Origin: an uncultured Acidimicrobiaceae bacterium
Lineage (GTDB): Bacteria > Actinomycetota > Acidimicrobiia > Acidimicrobiales > RAAP-2
Direction of reading: 5' to 3'
NCBI GenBank assembly: GCA_963767155.1
Contig: CAVYCU010000002.1
Span: 953,746-1,017,745 of the forward strand
Length of the DNA stretch: 64,000 nt
Shown here: positions 1 to 10,091 of the stretch, piece after piece
Numbering within the stretch: position 1 is the first letter of the stretch
How the letters are laid out: each line of letters begins with the position of its first letter
The notes under the pieces: generated by a model
Database searches by the model: none
Seen by the model: the letters and a program-made list of their open reading frames with translations, nothing else
Told to the model about the DNA's origin: nothing
Position numbers and translations under genes: made by a program

Positions 1-100
1 AGAGGCCGAGCGAAAGACTGGGCAACCGCAGGCCACTGCGCCCGCAGCGACGGTACTTCATCGACTTGTAGCGGCCATTGACCGGTGCGTAGGGCGTCAT
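1..100 (-). CDS. aldo/keto reductase (YghZ/Mgr-like), N-terminal fragment; gene continues past window start
   Basis: Hand translation of the minus strand from ATG at comp(98..100) gives MTPYAPVNGRYKSMKYRRCGRSGLRLPSLSLGL.. The pattern YRxCGxSGxxLPxxSLG is the conserved N-terminus of this AKR subfamily. Absent from the ORF track because it is open-ended. Confidence 0.5.
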   Translation of the reverse strand, partial: MTPYAPVNGRYKSMKYRRCGRSGLRLPSLSLGL

Positions 101-177
101 CTGTCGTCGTGCTCCGATCCCGTCGCCTGAGGAGTCCGATACGTCGCGGAAACACTAATACCTGACGAACAACCTCG

Positions 178-1542
178 TCATGGCCGCTGGATTGTCCGCC
201 CTGAACCTGCGTGGTTGTCTGGACGTATGAGAGTGGCGGAGTACGGGGCCGCTGCAGGGGCTCGCCATAATGTCGAGAGCACGGGCCGATCCGCGTAATC
301 CTCGTACATCTCAAACCCGTTGGCCGAGTTGGGTTGCGCGACGACGTTCAAGTCCCAGAAATCCCAGATGAACATGCCGGCATACCAGGAGTATCCACCC
401 CCCTCTACGGCTTGAATGACGGCCTGCAGGGCAGCTGCCTGTTCATAGGGAGCCTGGCCGGCGTTGTCGTTCGTACCGTTGTATGCCGCTCCAGGACGGT
501 TCTGGAATCCGAACTCGGTGAAAACGATCTGCTTGTTCTCATTGGCCGCGCTGAGTGCAGCCATCTTCGCCGGCGTGTTGTAGCGATCATGCGTTCCGTT
601 GATGAACGCCGTTTGTAGCGTCGCGACGTCGACTGTTCCTGCCATCGGATCAGAGATCATCGTCGGGTAGAACTCTTGACCTATGTAGTCGAGGCTCGCC
701 CAGAGAGCCTTTGGGTCACCTGGGTATCCCGCATACGTAAGCAGACCTGAGTAGACGTTTCGGATCTGTGCGACGACTCCAGAAGATTTTTCGATCCAAT
801 AGGGGGTGTAATCCCCACTGGTCCCGTCTTCAGGTGGGGGGAACGGACCGTAGAGCAGTGTATTGAGTTCGCAACCGATACAGAGCATGTCGACTCCGTA
901 GGTTTCGGCCATGGTGGCGAAATGGGTTATGAAGCTGGCATACGCCCCCATGAAGGTCGCGATATCGGCGACTCCAGGATCGAGGCTTCCACGCCAGTCC
1001 GCTGAACTGTGGGGACGAAACGGGTCGATCATGGGCTTGAGCATGACCTTGAGACCCAAGCGCTTGGCGTCGGTTATCGCCGCTTCGAGTTCGCTGTCTC
1101 TGTAACTCTGGTAGTGACCGGCCCCAAACTTGCCGCTAAGGGCGTCGGTGCTCTCGTACGCAACAGTCGAGAGAAGAGGGGTATTGGGCGGCCATCCGAC
1201 GTCGAGGGCCTCAGGCGAGTTACCGAGCGGATCTGATCCGTTGAAGTAGACCCAGAACGGATTGAACACCACCCACGTGGCATGCGTCATAGTGGCGACA
1301 TCGGACAACCCTTGCTGGGTGTAACCGGCCGTGGACAGACTCCCAACGCCTTGGCCATAGAAATTCGCGCCGCGAATGAAGGGGGCCGGATCTCCCGCCT
1401 TGGCGCTCCCCAAGTGGAGCGCCAGATCACCAACAACAACGGCGCCTGCCGAAGCAGCAGCGACCTGGAGAAACCTGCGCCGAGAAAGCACATCCCCATG
1501 TTCCAGCTTGAAGATGAACACCGATCCACCGGCGGTCGACAC
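178..1542 (-). CDS. secreted TIM-barrel glycoside hydrolase-like protein with twin-arginine signal
   Basis: 454-aa ORF. N-terminal SRRRFLQVAAASAGAVVVG is a Tat-type signal. Candidate clan GH-A catalytic Glu contexts are CIGCELN and VFTEFGF. The GH family cannot be assigned by eye. Confidence 0.65.
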   Translation of the reverse strand: MSTAGGSVFIFKLEHGDVLSRRRFLQVAAASAGAVVVGDLALHLGSAKAGDPAPFIRGANFYGQGVGSLSTAGYTQQGLSDVATMTHATWVVFNPFWVYFNGSDPLGNSPEALDVGWPPNTPLLSTVAYESTDALSGKFGAGHYQSYRDSELEAAITDAKRLGLKVMLKPMIDPFRPHSSADWRGSLDPGVADIATFMGAYASFITHFATMAETYGVDMLCIGCELNTLLYGPFPPPEDGTSGDYTPYWIEKSSGVVAQIRNVYSGLLTYAGYPGDPKALWASLDYIGQEFYPTMISDPMAGTVDVATLQTAFINGTHDRYNTPAKMAALSAANENKQIVFTEFGFQNRPGAAYNGTNDNAGQAPYEQAAALQAVIQAVEGGGYSWYAGMFIWDFWDLNVVAQPNSANGFEMYEDYADRPVLSTLWRAPAAAPYSATLIRPDNHAGSGRTIQRP

Positions 1543-1675
1543 AATGGTGAAATATCGTCGGGGAGCACAGATTCGTCACCAACAGTTCACTTCCGTCTTC
1601 GACGTGTCGGAGTAGTGAGCTCCTACTGTCCCCACGTTGCCCTAGGCAGGAGTCGAGCGAGAACCGGAGGACCAC

Positions 1676-3073
1676 GTGCCCAGCCCTGACAAGTACGGCT
1701 CGCTCGGCCAACCGCATCCGGATTGGACGACGGTTCTCGCCGAACTGTCCACAGAGATCACCGGGCTGGTCCTGACCGTAGGCGACGAGGGCTACCAGGC
1801 CGAGCACACCGGATTCGACCTGTCCGTACCCCAGCGTCCCGCCCTGGTTGTGGGCGCGGCGACCACCGATGACGTCCTCTCGGCGGTCCGCTTCGCCGGG
1901 TCCCAACGCCTTCCTGTCGGTGTACAGGCCACCGGACACGGCCCGACCGTGGCGGCGAACGGAGCTCTGCTCATCAACACCCGCCGGTTGGATGCCGTCG
2001 AAGTGGACCGTGTCAATCGCTCGGCCCGTCTCGGCGCGGGAACTCTTTGGCACCATGCCATTGCGGCTGCCGCCCCCTATGGTCTTACCTCGTCACCGTC
2101 GGTCGGGGCCATCTCCTACACCCTGGGTGGGGGGATCGGTGTCCTCAGTCGCCGCTTCGGGTTCGCCGCCGACCACGTGCGCGCCATCGAAGTCATTACC
2201 GCCGACGGCGAGCACCGCCGGGTGACGGCGCACGCGCATCCCGACCTGTTCTGGGCCATGCGGGGTGCGGGAAGCAACTTCGGGGTGGTGACCAGCATGG
2301 AGGTCGATCTGGTGACCGTCCCCGAGCTCTACGCTGGTGGACTTTTCTTCGGGGGAGAGGACCGTGCGGACGTCCTGGCTGCGTTCGCCTCTTGTGCGTC
2401 TGCTGCCCCGGACACCCTGAGCCTCTCGGTAGCGGTCCTCACGTTCCCGGACCTCACCGTCCTACCTCCGATGCTGCGAGGACGCCACTGTTGCCATGTC
2501 AGGGTCACCCATCAAGGTCCGGGCGAAGAAGCAGAGGGCTATCTTGGTGCCCTTCGCGACACCGGACCTGTCCTCCTCGACACCGTCGGACCGTTGCCGT
2601 TGACAGAAACCGGTACCATCCACAACGACCCCACGACCCCCATCGAGGGCCATAGCCACAGCCTGGTGCTCCGCACCATCGAGAGCGATCTCATCGATGC
2701 TGTGGTCGCACACACCGGGCCCGCTGCGCGATCTCTCGTCGAGCTCCGACATCTCGCCGGCGCACTCTCGAGACCGCCGCTGGTGGCCAACGCCGTCGGT
2801 CACCGTAACGGAGCGGCGAATCTGTTTACGACCGCTTACCCCGGCGGCGACAAGGTCTCCGTCGAGGCCGAGCAGCGCCGCCTGCTGGCGGACGTAAAGC
2901 CGTGGAGCGATGGCGGCGCACTGGCCAACTTCCTACTCGGCTCACGCGTCACCTCTGCTGACGTACGCGCGGCCTATCGACCCGAAGACTATGAGCGGTT
3001 GAGGGAACTCAAAAACATCTGGGACCCGAACAACGTTTTCCGGTTCAACAACAACATCCCCCCGGGCGACTGA
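1676..3073 (+). CDS. FAD-binding oxidoreductase, berberine-bridge-enzyme (BBE) like
   Basis: 465-aa ORF with GTG start. The N-half is FAD_binding_4-like (PVGVQATGHG, GGGIGVLSRRFG). The C-terminus carries a BBE signature (YERLRELKNIWDPNNVFRFNNNI). Confidence 0.85.
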   Translation: MPSPDKYGSLGQPHPDWTTVLAELSTEITGLVLTVGDEGYQAEHTGFDLSVPQRPALVVGAATTDDVLSAVRFAGSQRLPVGVQATGHGPTVAANGALLINTRRLDAVEVDRVNRSARLGAGTLWHHAIAAAAPYGLTSSPSVGAISYTLGGGIGVLSRRFGFAADHVRAIEVITADGEHRRVTAHAHPDLFWAMRGAGSNFGVVTSMEVDLVTVPELYAGGLFFGGEDRADVLAAFASCASAAPDTLSLSVAVLTFPDLTVLPPMLRGRHCCHVRVTHQGPGEEAEGYLGALRDTGPVLLDTVGPLPLTETGTIHNDPTTPIEGHSHSLVLRTIESDLIDAVVAHTGPAARSLVELRHLAGALSRPPLVANAVGHRNGAANLFTTAYPGGDKVSVEAEQRRLLADVKPWSDGGALANFLLGSRVTSADVRAAYRPEDYERLRELKNIWDPNNVFRFNNNIPPGD

Positions 3074-3075
3074 CG

Positions 3076-3510
3076 TCAGAGGTCGCGTAGCGCCTTGACG
3101 TGGCGCAGGAGCTCCTGCCGAATCTTCTCCAGGAGGGCCCGTGCACCGTCGTCGTCCTGATCGCCCCGAGCCGTCAGGAGATGTACGGAAAGTTGGTCGA
3201 GATGATCGAGGATGTTTTGCCGGACCTCATCGTCCGTGGGATTTCCAGGCCAGATGTTGACAAGCGTGCGGCCGGCGACGCTCGGCACACTGCCGAGAGG
3301 GGATGCTCCCAATTGCTCGTCTTCGGTCATGAGGAGGCCGGCCCAGCTCCTCAGGTCGGCAAAGAGTTTGTCCAGGACCTCATGGAGCTCGTGTTTGTAA
3401 GGGACCTTCCGGTAGGCCTGCTTGACGTCCTGCACCACGTCGATCACCTCACTAAGCACTGCGTTGAGAGAGTCGATTGCCCGGTCGGGCGTTGGCTTGT
3501 CGTTAGGCAT
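3076..3510 (-). CDS. hypothetical helical protein (remote Dps/ferritin-like look), last gene of the signalling cluster
   Basis: 144-aa ORF starting 12 nt downstream of the kinase stop. It looks predominantly helical ([22 protein letters not shown]..). I recognise no diagnostic motif. Confidence 0.45.
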   Translation of the reverse strand: MPNDKPTPDRAIDSLNAVLSEVIDVVQDVKQAYRKVPYKHELHEVLDKLFADLRSWAGLLMTEDEQLGASPLGSVPSVAGRTLVNIWPGNPTDDEVRQNILDHLDQLSVHLLTARGDQDDDGARALLEKIRQELLRHVKALRDL

Positions 3511-3522
3511 TCGGGCCTCCCT

Positions 3523-4969
3523 TCACACACCTGACGCTTGAACATCGAGCGGCTCCGGTTCGACCAAGGGGAGCCGAACCACAAACCAAGTCTCACCGGG
3601 CACGGATTCGAGTCTCACGTCACCGTGATGCTTGTTCACGACAATGCGCCAAGAGATATCGAGTCCGAGGCCGGTCCCTTCTCCGAACGGCTTGGTGGTA
3701 AAGAACGGCTCGAAGATCCGCGAACGAATTTCTTCGGGCACGCCGGGCCCGGTGTCTCCGATATGCACCGCAAGGAACTCCTCGTCACGCGTGGTCCGGA
3801 TCGTCAACCTCCCCGCTCCCCCCATAGCGCCGATCGCGTTGTCGATGAGGTTCGTCCACACCTGATTGAGCTCGGCCGCATAGGCCGGAATAGGGGGTAG
3901 AGAGAGGTCGTACTCCCTTACCACCTCGACCCCATCGCCGAGTTTGGGTGCGAGCATCGTCAAGGTACTGTCCAGCAATTCGTGAACGTCGACGATCTGA
4001 TAGGGCGCGCGGTCCATTTGTGAGTACTGCTTGGCCGCCGCAATCAGCGTGGAAACGCGCTTTGTCGAATCCTGGATCTCGTCCATCAATATCTCGGCCT
4101 CAACGGCACAGCGCGAGCCAACGAACGGCATTCTCGAGCTTCGCCTCGCCGACACCTTGGACGACTCTTTCAAGATAGGTCTCGTTCAGACCGGCCTGGA
4201 CGAGAACGGGGGCCAGGTCCCAGCCATCAGCGACCCGATGGTCCTCGAACCACTGGCCGAGACGGTCCTCGAGGTCCGATGTCTCCATGGGGCTCAGCTG
4301 CGGTGCCGTGTGCGTCCCCTCAACAGCTTCCTCCTCCAGCCGTACCAGCGAGGACAAGGTGTGCGGATCGAATCCGGACGCGAGAGTGGCCAAGGCATGG
4401 CGCATGTCGGTCAGTCGGTCCCGCAGCGATGAGGTCGCCCGGACCGCCGCGGCCGCCGGGTTGTTCAGCTCATGGGTCAGACCCGCCGAAAGGGAACCGA
4501 GCGCCAGGAGGCGCTCACGCTGCTGCAGTGCCTGCTGCGTGCTCTGTGTGCCGAAGAACAGACCTTCAAGAAGGTGGAGCGCCATCGGGAACCAATCCCG
4601 CATCAACTGTGCGAACTGTTCGGCCCCCAAGACGAAGAACCTCGACCTCACGTTCGCACGCAACGAGTTGTTGTACACCTGCCGGATCCGATCACCGAGG
4701 TACGCCTGAAATGCTCCGCCGTAGACGCCGCGGGCGTCAGAACGGTTGATCTCCACGTCGTCGGTTCCGACTCGGCGGAACAGGGTCACGGACCCCTCCA
4801 GAAGGACATAGAACGACGAAGCAGGTTCGCCTTCCCGGAGGACCCAGCCGGGTTCGATCAACTCGACGTGCCCTTCTCGGCACAACCGACCCAGTTGCTC
4901 TTCATTCAGCTTCTCGAACAAGAAGAGCGTCCGGATCTCATCGACATCACAGGGGAGTTCGTTGCTCAT
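3523..4969 (-). pseudogene. cNMP-binding sensor histidine kinase, interrupted by one frameshift (pseudogene or assembly indel)
   Basis: ORFs 4100..4969 and 3523..4173 together encode one protein. It has a cyclic-nucleotide-binding domain, a HisKA H-box (LSAGLTHELNNPAAA) and HATPase_c motifs ([26 protein letters not shown]). The two frames differ by one base, with the junction at about 4100-4115 (..VRWLAL / AVEAEILMDE..). Confidence 0.8.
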
Positions 4970-4973
4970 CGCA

Positions 4974-6647
4974 TCACCTCATTTCGAGATATCGGTGCAC
5001 GAGCATGACCGCCATGGCCCCCTCGCCAACGGCGGACGCGACTCGCTTGGCCGATTCCGCCCGGGCATCGCCCGCCACGAATACACCGGGAATGCTGCTC
5101 TCGAGGTGGTACGGCACCCGCTCCTCGAGCCAGCCGGCCGGCCGATCCCCTACCAATGGCAGGTCCGGGCCCGTCATCACGAAGCCCCGTTCGTCCCTCA
5201 CCACGACACCGTCGAGCCACTCGGTGCGAGGCAACGCACCGATGAACACGAAGAGGAGTTGGGCGTCGACCAGCTCAGTGGCACCCGATGTGCTGTCACG
5301 GAGGGTCAGCGTCTCCAAATGTTCGTGCCCGCTCCCGGCGATCACTTCTGTACACGTGCGGACCTCGATGTTCGAAATCGTCTCAATCTGCTGCACCAGG
5401 TAGTGGGACATCGACGCTTCCAAGGAAGAACCCCGAACCAGAATGGTCACCGATGCAGCGTGGCGGGCGAAGTACACCGCTGCCTGGCCCGCGGAGTTGG
5501 CGCCGCCGACGATGAAGACGTGCTGACCCGCGGCATTCGAGGCCTCACTCATGGTCGATCCGTAGTACACGCCTCGCCCGGTGAAATCCGCCAGACCGGG
5601 GGCGGTCAACTGACGATACGACACGCCCGAGGCGAGGATGATGGCGTGGGCGTCGATTGTCCCGCCATCGGCGAACCGAACCGTGCGCGCCGATCCATTG
5701 ACCTCGATCGCCACGACCTCTCGGGCCGTCACGATCTCCGCACCGAACTTGGCAGCTTGACGGCGGGCACGATCCGTCAGCTGAGCCCCTGACACACCAT
5801 CGGGAAAGCCGAGATAGTTCTCAATCCGTGAGCTCTGGCCTGCCTGCCCACCTGTCGCCGTCCGCTCGATCAATATGGTGCGTAGCCCCTCCGAGGCTCC
5901 ATAGAGCGCGGCACCGAGACCCGCCGGGCCGCCGCCGATCACCACGAGGTCGTAGAAAAGCTCGGAGGGCGTCGTCTCGAGCCCGACGCGGGCGGCCAAT
6001 TCCGCATCGGAAGGTTCGACGAGCACGTCGCCATCGACGGTGATCACGACCGGGAGACGCAGCCCATCCACACCCGCGGCGGCGAGGAGGCGCTCCCCTT
6101 CCGGATCCTCCGACTGATACCAGCGGTAGGGAACCTGATTGCGGCCCAAGAACTCACGCACGTCCGATGAGCGGGCCGACCAGCGATGACCGACAACTTT
6201 GGTGTCCGGAATGGGCCGATGGTCGATGGCGTGCCAAGCGCTGAGGAGGTCGTCGAGGACCGGATAGAGCTTCTCCTCCGGTGGATCCCAGGGTTTGAGC
6301 AGGTAGTGATCCAGATCGACCACGTTGATCGCGTCGATGGCCGCACTCGTGTCGGCATATGCGGTCAGCAGAACACGGCGGGCCGTCGGGAAGAGGTCCA
6401 TCGCCTGTTCGAGGAATTCGATGCCGTTCATCTGCGGCATCCGATAATCGGCGAGGAGCAGGGCCACCACGTCCCCGCGCAGCTTCAGCTCTCTGAGCGC
6501 TTCCAATCCCTGGTCGCCCGACTCGGCCCGGACGATCCGGTAGTCCTTCCCGTAGGCCCGGCGAAGATCTCGGGCTATCGCTCGGGATACTTCGGGATCG
6601 TCGTCGACGGTCAGGATGACAGTGCGGGTCTCGGCCATCACTTTCAT
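4974..6647 (-). CDS. response-regulator receiver domain fused to thioredoxin-reductase-like flavoprotein
   Basis: 557-aa ORF. The N-terminus is a REC domain (VALLLADYRMPQMNG, LLKPW). The rest is a TrxB-like two-dinucleotide fold (DLVVIGGGPAGLGAA, FIVGGANSAGQAA, VFVAGDAR). Its stop lies 4 nt from the kinase start. Confidence 0.9.
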   Translation of the reverse strand: MKVMAETRTVILTVDDDPEVSRAIARDLRRAYGKDYRIVRAESGDQGLEALRELKLRGDVVALLLADYRMPQMNGIEFLEQAMDLFPTARRVLLTAYADTSAAIDAINVVDLDHYLLKPWDPPEEKLYPVLDDLLSAWHAIDHRPIPDTKVVGHRWSARSSDVREFLGRNQVPYRWYQSEDPEGERLLAAAGVDGLRLPVVITVDGDVLVEPSDAELAARVGLETTPSELFYDLVVIGGGPAGLGAALYGASEGLRTILIERTATGGQAGQSSRIENYLGFPDGVSGAQLTDRARRQAAKFGAEIVTAREVVAIEVNGSARTVRFADGGTIDAHAIILASGVSYRQLTAPGLADFTGRGVYYGSTMSEASNAAGQHVFIVGGANSAGQAAVYFARHAASVTILVRGSSLEASMSHYLVQQIETISNIEVRTCTEVIAGSGHEHLETLTLRDSTSGATELVDAQLLFVFIGALPRTEWLDGVVVRDERGFVMTGPDLPLVGDRPAGWLEERVPYHLESSIPGVFVAGDARAESAKRVASAVGEGAMAVMLVHRYLEMR

Positions 6648-6684
6648 GGGGAGCAGACTACGGGACCATCGGGGGATCCCGTCC

Positions 6685-7674
6685 CTATGACTCGGAGGGC
6701 GCCCTCAGCGAGCTTCGATCGCCCTTCCAGGCAGAGACAAGTTGGTCGGCAAAGGCACCTTCGACGAGAGCGACAGCTCTCGCTCCGAACAGAACCGCTC
6801 CCGCTTGCTCGGGCTCCGTCTCGAGCAGACCACCTACAAGATCATTCACTGCAACGTACTGGTGCACGTCGTCGGCTTCGACGTGCACGTCATAGAACCG
6901 GCGCCCTTCGGCCGGGACGCCGAGCGATCCGAGCCACGCACTGTAACGGCCCATCGGAACCACGGAGTTCATCTCGAAGCTCGCCAGATGTCCCACCAGA
7001 GCGCCCCGCAATCGACGGTGCAGGCCGAGCATGGAGATGAGGTTCGTCGTGGCCAAGGTAACGGCAGGCAGTCGTTCGAGATACGCACCGTAAGTGGAGT
7101 CGAGACCCAAAGCTGACATTGCATCAGCGAAGAGTGTTGCGTGCATGCGTTCAGGCAGGCCACCTCCGTACTCGTCTGCCTGAATCATGACCATGGCGGC
7201 CTTCGCCCGTCCGGACAACCGAGGTATCCCCCAGGTATGGGGATCGGCTTCCTTCAGTTGGTACGCCGACCGGTGGATGGCGAGCTCCTCCGCATGGAAG
7301 CGGCTCCCGTGTCCGAGCAACCACTCCGAAAGCGAGAACCCTCCCCCTCTACTCAGATCCCACAGTGCGTCCGGCACGTCGGCTGCCGGGATCTCCCGGT
7401 GCTCCGGTAACGCGAGCCGAAGCTGCAGTTCAAAAGCTCTTTCGAGTTCGTTGCGAAACGCAAGAAGAGAAGGCTCCCACTCCCAGGAGTCGCACACGCC
7501 GCCCAAACCTTGGTAATGCAGCTCGTAACAGCAATAGAGCGCCAGTTGCGCGTCCTCGTCGAAGATTGGCTCTTCGCTACGTACGACCGGCATGGACAAC
7601 TGATGGGGACCCTTGCGGAGGGAAGCAAAAAGTGCGCTGCTCAACGGACCGCGAGGGAGCGGAAGCTTCGGCAT
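6685..7674 (-). CDS. iron-containing redox enzyme family protein (heme-oxygenase-like fold)
   Basis: I moved the start to ATG at comp(7672..7674) (MPKLPLPRG..). The upstream part of the 417-aa ORF is Arg/Pro-rich and overlaps the hemerythrin gene. The protein is helical with acidic/His clusters (MIQADEYGGG, HLASFEMNS, VHVEADDVH). Confidence 0.7.
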   Translation of the reverse strand: MPKLPLPRGPLSSALFASLRKGPHQLSMPVVRSEEPIFDEDAQLALYCCYELHYQGLGGVCDSWEWEPSLLAFRNELERAFELQLRLALPEHREIPAADVPDALWDLSRGGGFSLSEWLLGHGSRFHAEELAIHRSAYQLKEADPHTWGIPRLSGRAKAAMVMIQADEYGGGLPERMHATLFADAMSALGLDSTYGAYLERLPAVTLATTNLISMLGLHRRLRGALVGHLASFEMNSVVPMGRYSAWLGSLGVPAEGRRFYDVHVEADDVHQYVAVNDLVGGLLETEPEQAGAVLFGARAVALVEGAFADQLVSAWKGDRSSLRAPSES

Positions 7675-7684
7675 CGTCGGGGCC

Positions 7685-8341
7685 CTACGCCTTCGCCGGG
7701 ACCCTCCGGCCTTTCGGTGACGACTGCTTCGCGTGTGTCTTCGCCGTGGTGCCACTGATGCGGTCGACCACACCCCGCAGGGCTGCCGCCCCTTCCGCGG
7801 CCAGGTCACTGACCTTGTCTTCCACGCGATCCATGACCCCCGCGGTGGTTCCGACTGCGATGTTGCCGGGAGGTGTCGATGGAGACCGCGGGTGGGGACG
7901 AGTTGGCGCAGTCGCCTTCGCTCTCCCCATGGCGTCACCCAGCTCCTGGAGGGACTTGCGCCCGAGTTGCTTTCGCACCTTGGGGAAGTAATCGCTCTCT
8001 TCCTCTTTGACGTGATGACGGACGTTTTCGATCAGGACCGTGACTTTGGCATCGAAGGATTCATCGTGCGAGTCCAGGTGCTCGAGCTCGGAGAGGACCC
8101 ACTTCACGATGTGATGTTCTTCGATGGATTCGAGCACGATGTCCTCCACGCCGGGAACCGATGCTCTCGTCGTGGGGTAAAACAGTTCCTCCTCGATGGC
8201 GGCATGCTTCGAGAGCTCCTCAATGATCCGGTCCACAGTGGTCCGTTTCAGGGTGAAGGCTCGATCACCTGCCTTCTCGAATCGCTTGAAGAGGGATTCG
8301 ACCGTGCGGTGATCGTCCTTGAGCATCGTGATGGCGTCCAT
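7685..8341 (-). CDS. hemerythrin (HHE cation-binding) domain protein
   Basis: Start set to ATG at comp(8339..8341) (MDAITMLKDDHRTVESLFKRFE..). HHE-type His/Glu motifs are present (KDDH, HAAIEEE, IEEHH, RHHVKEEE). The C-terminal tail is low-complexity. Confidence 0.85.
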   Translation of the reverse strand: MDAITMLKDDHRTVESLFKRFEKAGDRAFTLKRTTVDRIIEELSKHAAIEEELFYPTTRASVPGVEDIVLESIEEHHIVKWVLSELEHLDSHDESFDAKVTVLIENVRHHVKEEESDYFPKVRKQLGRKSLQELGDAMGRAKATAPTRPHPRSPSTPPGNIAVGTTAGVMDRVEDKVSDLAAEGAAALRGVVDRISGTTAKTHAKQSSPKGRRVPAKA

Positions 8342-8381
8342 ACCTTCGTCGTACCCCCGTCGTTCCTCGCCAAACACTGCC

Positions 8382-9968
8382 CTACACCGACATTCGTTCG
8401 ACGGTCCGCAGCGATCCCCTTTCCGTGTCCACCCCGACCGGTGCGATGGCGGCCGCCGCGACACATCCGGCGAAGAGAAAGAAAAGAGCTGGACCAAATG
8501 AAGCCAACTCCTTGGAGAGAAGGTCGAGGCCGACCACACCGAGCAGTGAAGCTGCTGCTGTCAGGCCAATGATGGTTGCGGTAGCCCGTACACCCCCGGC
8601 CACGGCAAGCATAACGATGCCCCAGGCGAGATACCACGGCTGCACCGAAGGTCCCAGCAGAACGATGGCCAGGAAACACGCTCCCACGGCGAGGGGCGCC
8701 CCGTCGCGGGGCAGCCGCCAGAGCGCCCAGAGCGCGATGATCCCGGCGGCGATCAGACCGAGTACGTGTGTCGGGCCGAGCAATGAAGCGACGGGGAGGT
8801 CGGCGTTGAACATGCCCACCAGATGGGACCCGGCGATGGCCGCCAAGTCGGACGGCGTGAGCCAATTCGTCACATCGGCGCTCGCGCCGAGCGTGTGCGT
8901 CCAGCCCCAGCCGACTCCGAACGACAAAGAGAGGATCTCGAAGGTCACGACGGTGATGAGGGCAGCCTTGGCGAGTAACGACACCCGCTGCCGCAGAGAC
9001 GCCGTCGCTCCGGCGCACAGCAAGCCTATCGCCACGACCCCCACGAGTCCCGGGGCCTTTACCGCTCCGGCCAGCGCGCACAGGAGAATGCCGAAGGACG
9101 GATGCCCGCGCCGGGCCACGGACAAACCGGCGACGAGGAGACCGACCATGAGTGCGTCGTTGTGACCCGAACCGATGAGGAAAAGTACGACGATCGGATT
9201 GAGGAGTCCGAGCGCGAAGGCCGACCCCGGGTCGCGCCCGAAGCTGCGGGCGAGAGAAGGAAGGGAGATCGCCGCGAGAGCGATACCGGCGAGAGCGAGA
9301 AGCCGAAAGAGCACGAGCGACACGAGAACCCGATAGTCAGCCGCCCGCACGATCTCACCCTCTAGGCCACTGAAGAAGGGTCCGTAGGGCGACGGGGTGT
9401 TGATCCAATACCCCTGTGCCAACGACTCAAATGGTGTGGCACCGAGCACACCTGGGCCGTAGAGATACGGACTGATGTGGTTGGCCACCATCTCGCCTTG
9501 CGCGGCATAGCTATAGATGTCATCGCTGAACAACGGCGGCGCCACCAGCAGCGGCAAAGACCAAAGTCCGAGAATGCGGGCTAGCCGCAAAGGTGGTACA
9601 CCCGTCGCTCCCATGACGTTCCTGGTGATCGCCAACCAAGCCCGGACCAGGAGCACGACGCCACAAAAGCCTGCGGTCAGCTCAACAAAGAGCAGGACAC
9701 CCGTGGCCTGTACAACGGCACCGCTCGGATCGTTGTTCGGTACACCGAAAAACCACGCACCCGGAACCTTGTCCGCGAACGGCGCTCCCGGGAGGGAGGA
9801 AGCCACGGCGACGAGCATCGTCCCAATCAGTCCGACGCAAGCGGGACGCACATACCGACCACGAGGGCGCCCATCGGGTGCGGGCACCCGAGCCACACGA
9901 CGCCACACCTCGGCCGCCACCCCTCGGAGCGGCTGCGTCGACTCGTCGACCTGCACAGGTTTTGTCAC
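8382..9968 (-). CDS. polytopic GT-C type mannosyltransferase, MptB-like
   Basis: 528-aa ORF with many predicted TM helices. An early loop motif FSDDIYSYAAQGEM resembles MptA/MptB-type polyprenol-phosphomannose-dependent transferases. The start is uncertain. Confidence 0.7.
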   Translation of the reverse strand: MTKPVQVDESTQPLRGVAAEVWRRVARVPAPDGRPRGRYVRPACVGLIGTMLVAVASSLPGAPFADKVPGAWFFGVPNNDPSGAVVQATGVLLFVELTAGFCGVVLLVRAWLAITRNVMGATGVPPLRLARILGLWSLPLLVAPPLFSDDIYSYAAQGEMVANHISPYLYGPGVLGATPFESLAQGYWINTPSPYGPFFSGLEGEIVRAADYRVLVSLVLFRLLALAGIALAAISLPSLARSFGRDPGSAFALGLLNPIVVLFLIGSGHNDALMVGLLVAGLSVARRGHPSFGILLCALAGAVKAPGLVGVVAIGLLCAGATASLRQRVSLLAKAALITVVTFEILSLSFGVGWGWTHTLGASADVTNWLTPSDLAAIAGSHLVGMFNADLPVASLLGPTHVLGLIAAGIIALWALWRLPRDGAPLAVGACFLAIVLLGPSVQPWYLAWGIVMLAVAGGVRATATIIGLTAAASLLGVVGLDLLSKELASFGPALFFLFAGCVAAAAIAPVGVDTERGSLRTVERMSV

Positions 9969-10091
9969 GGGAGGCAGGAGCTACAGAAGGATTGGCGGTC
10001 CAGCCACGAAGTGGCGCCCACCAACGCGCCTACCAGGGACAAACAGCAAGTTGGCTGCCATGGAACCTCCCGCGCCGGGACCTGTATCTGG

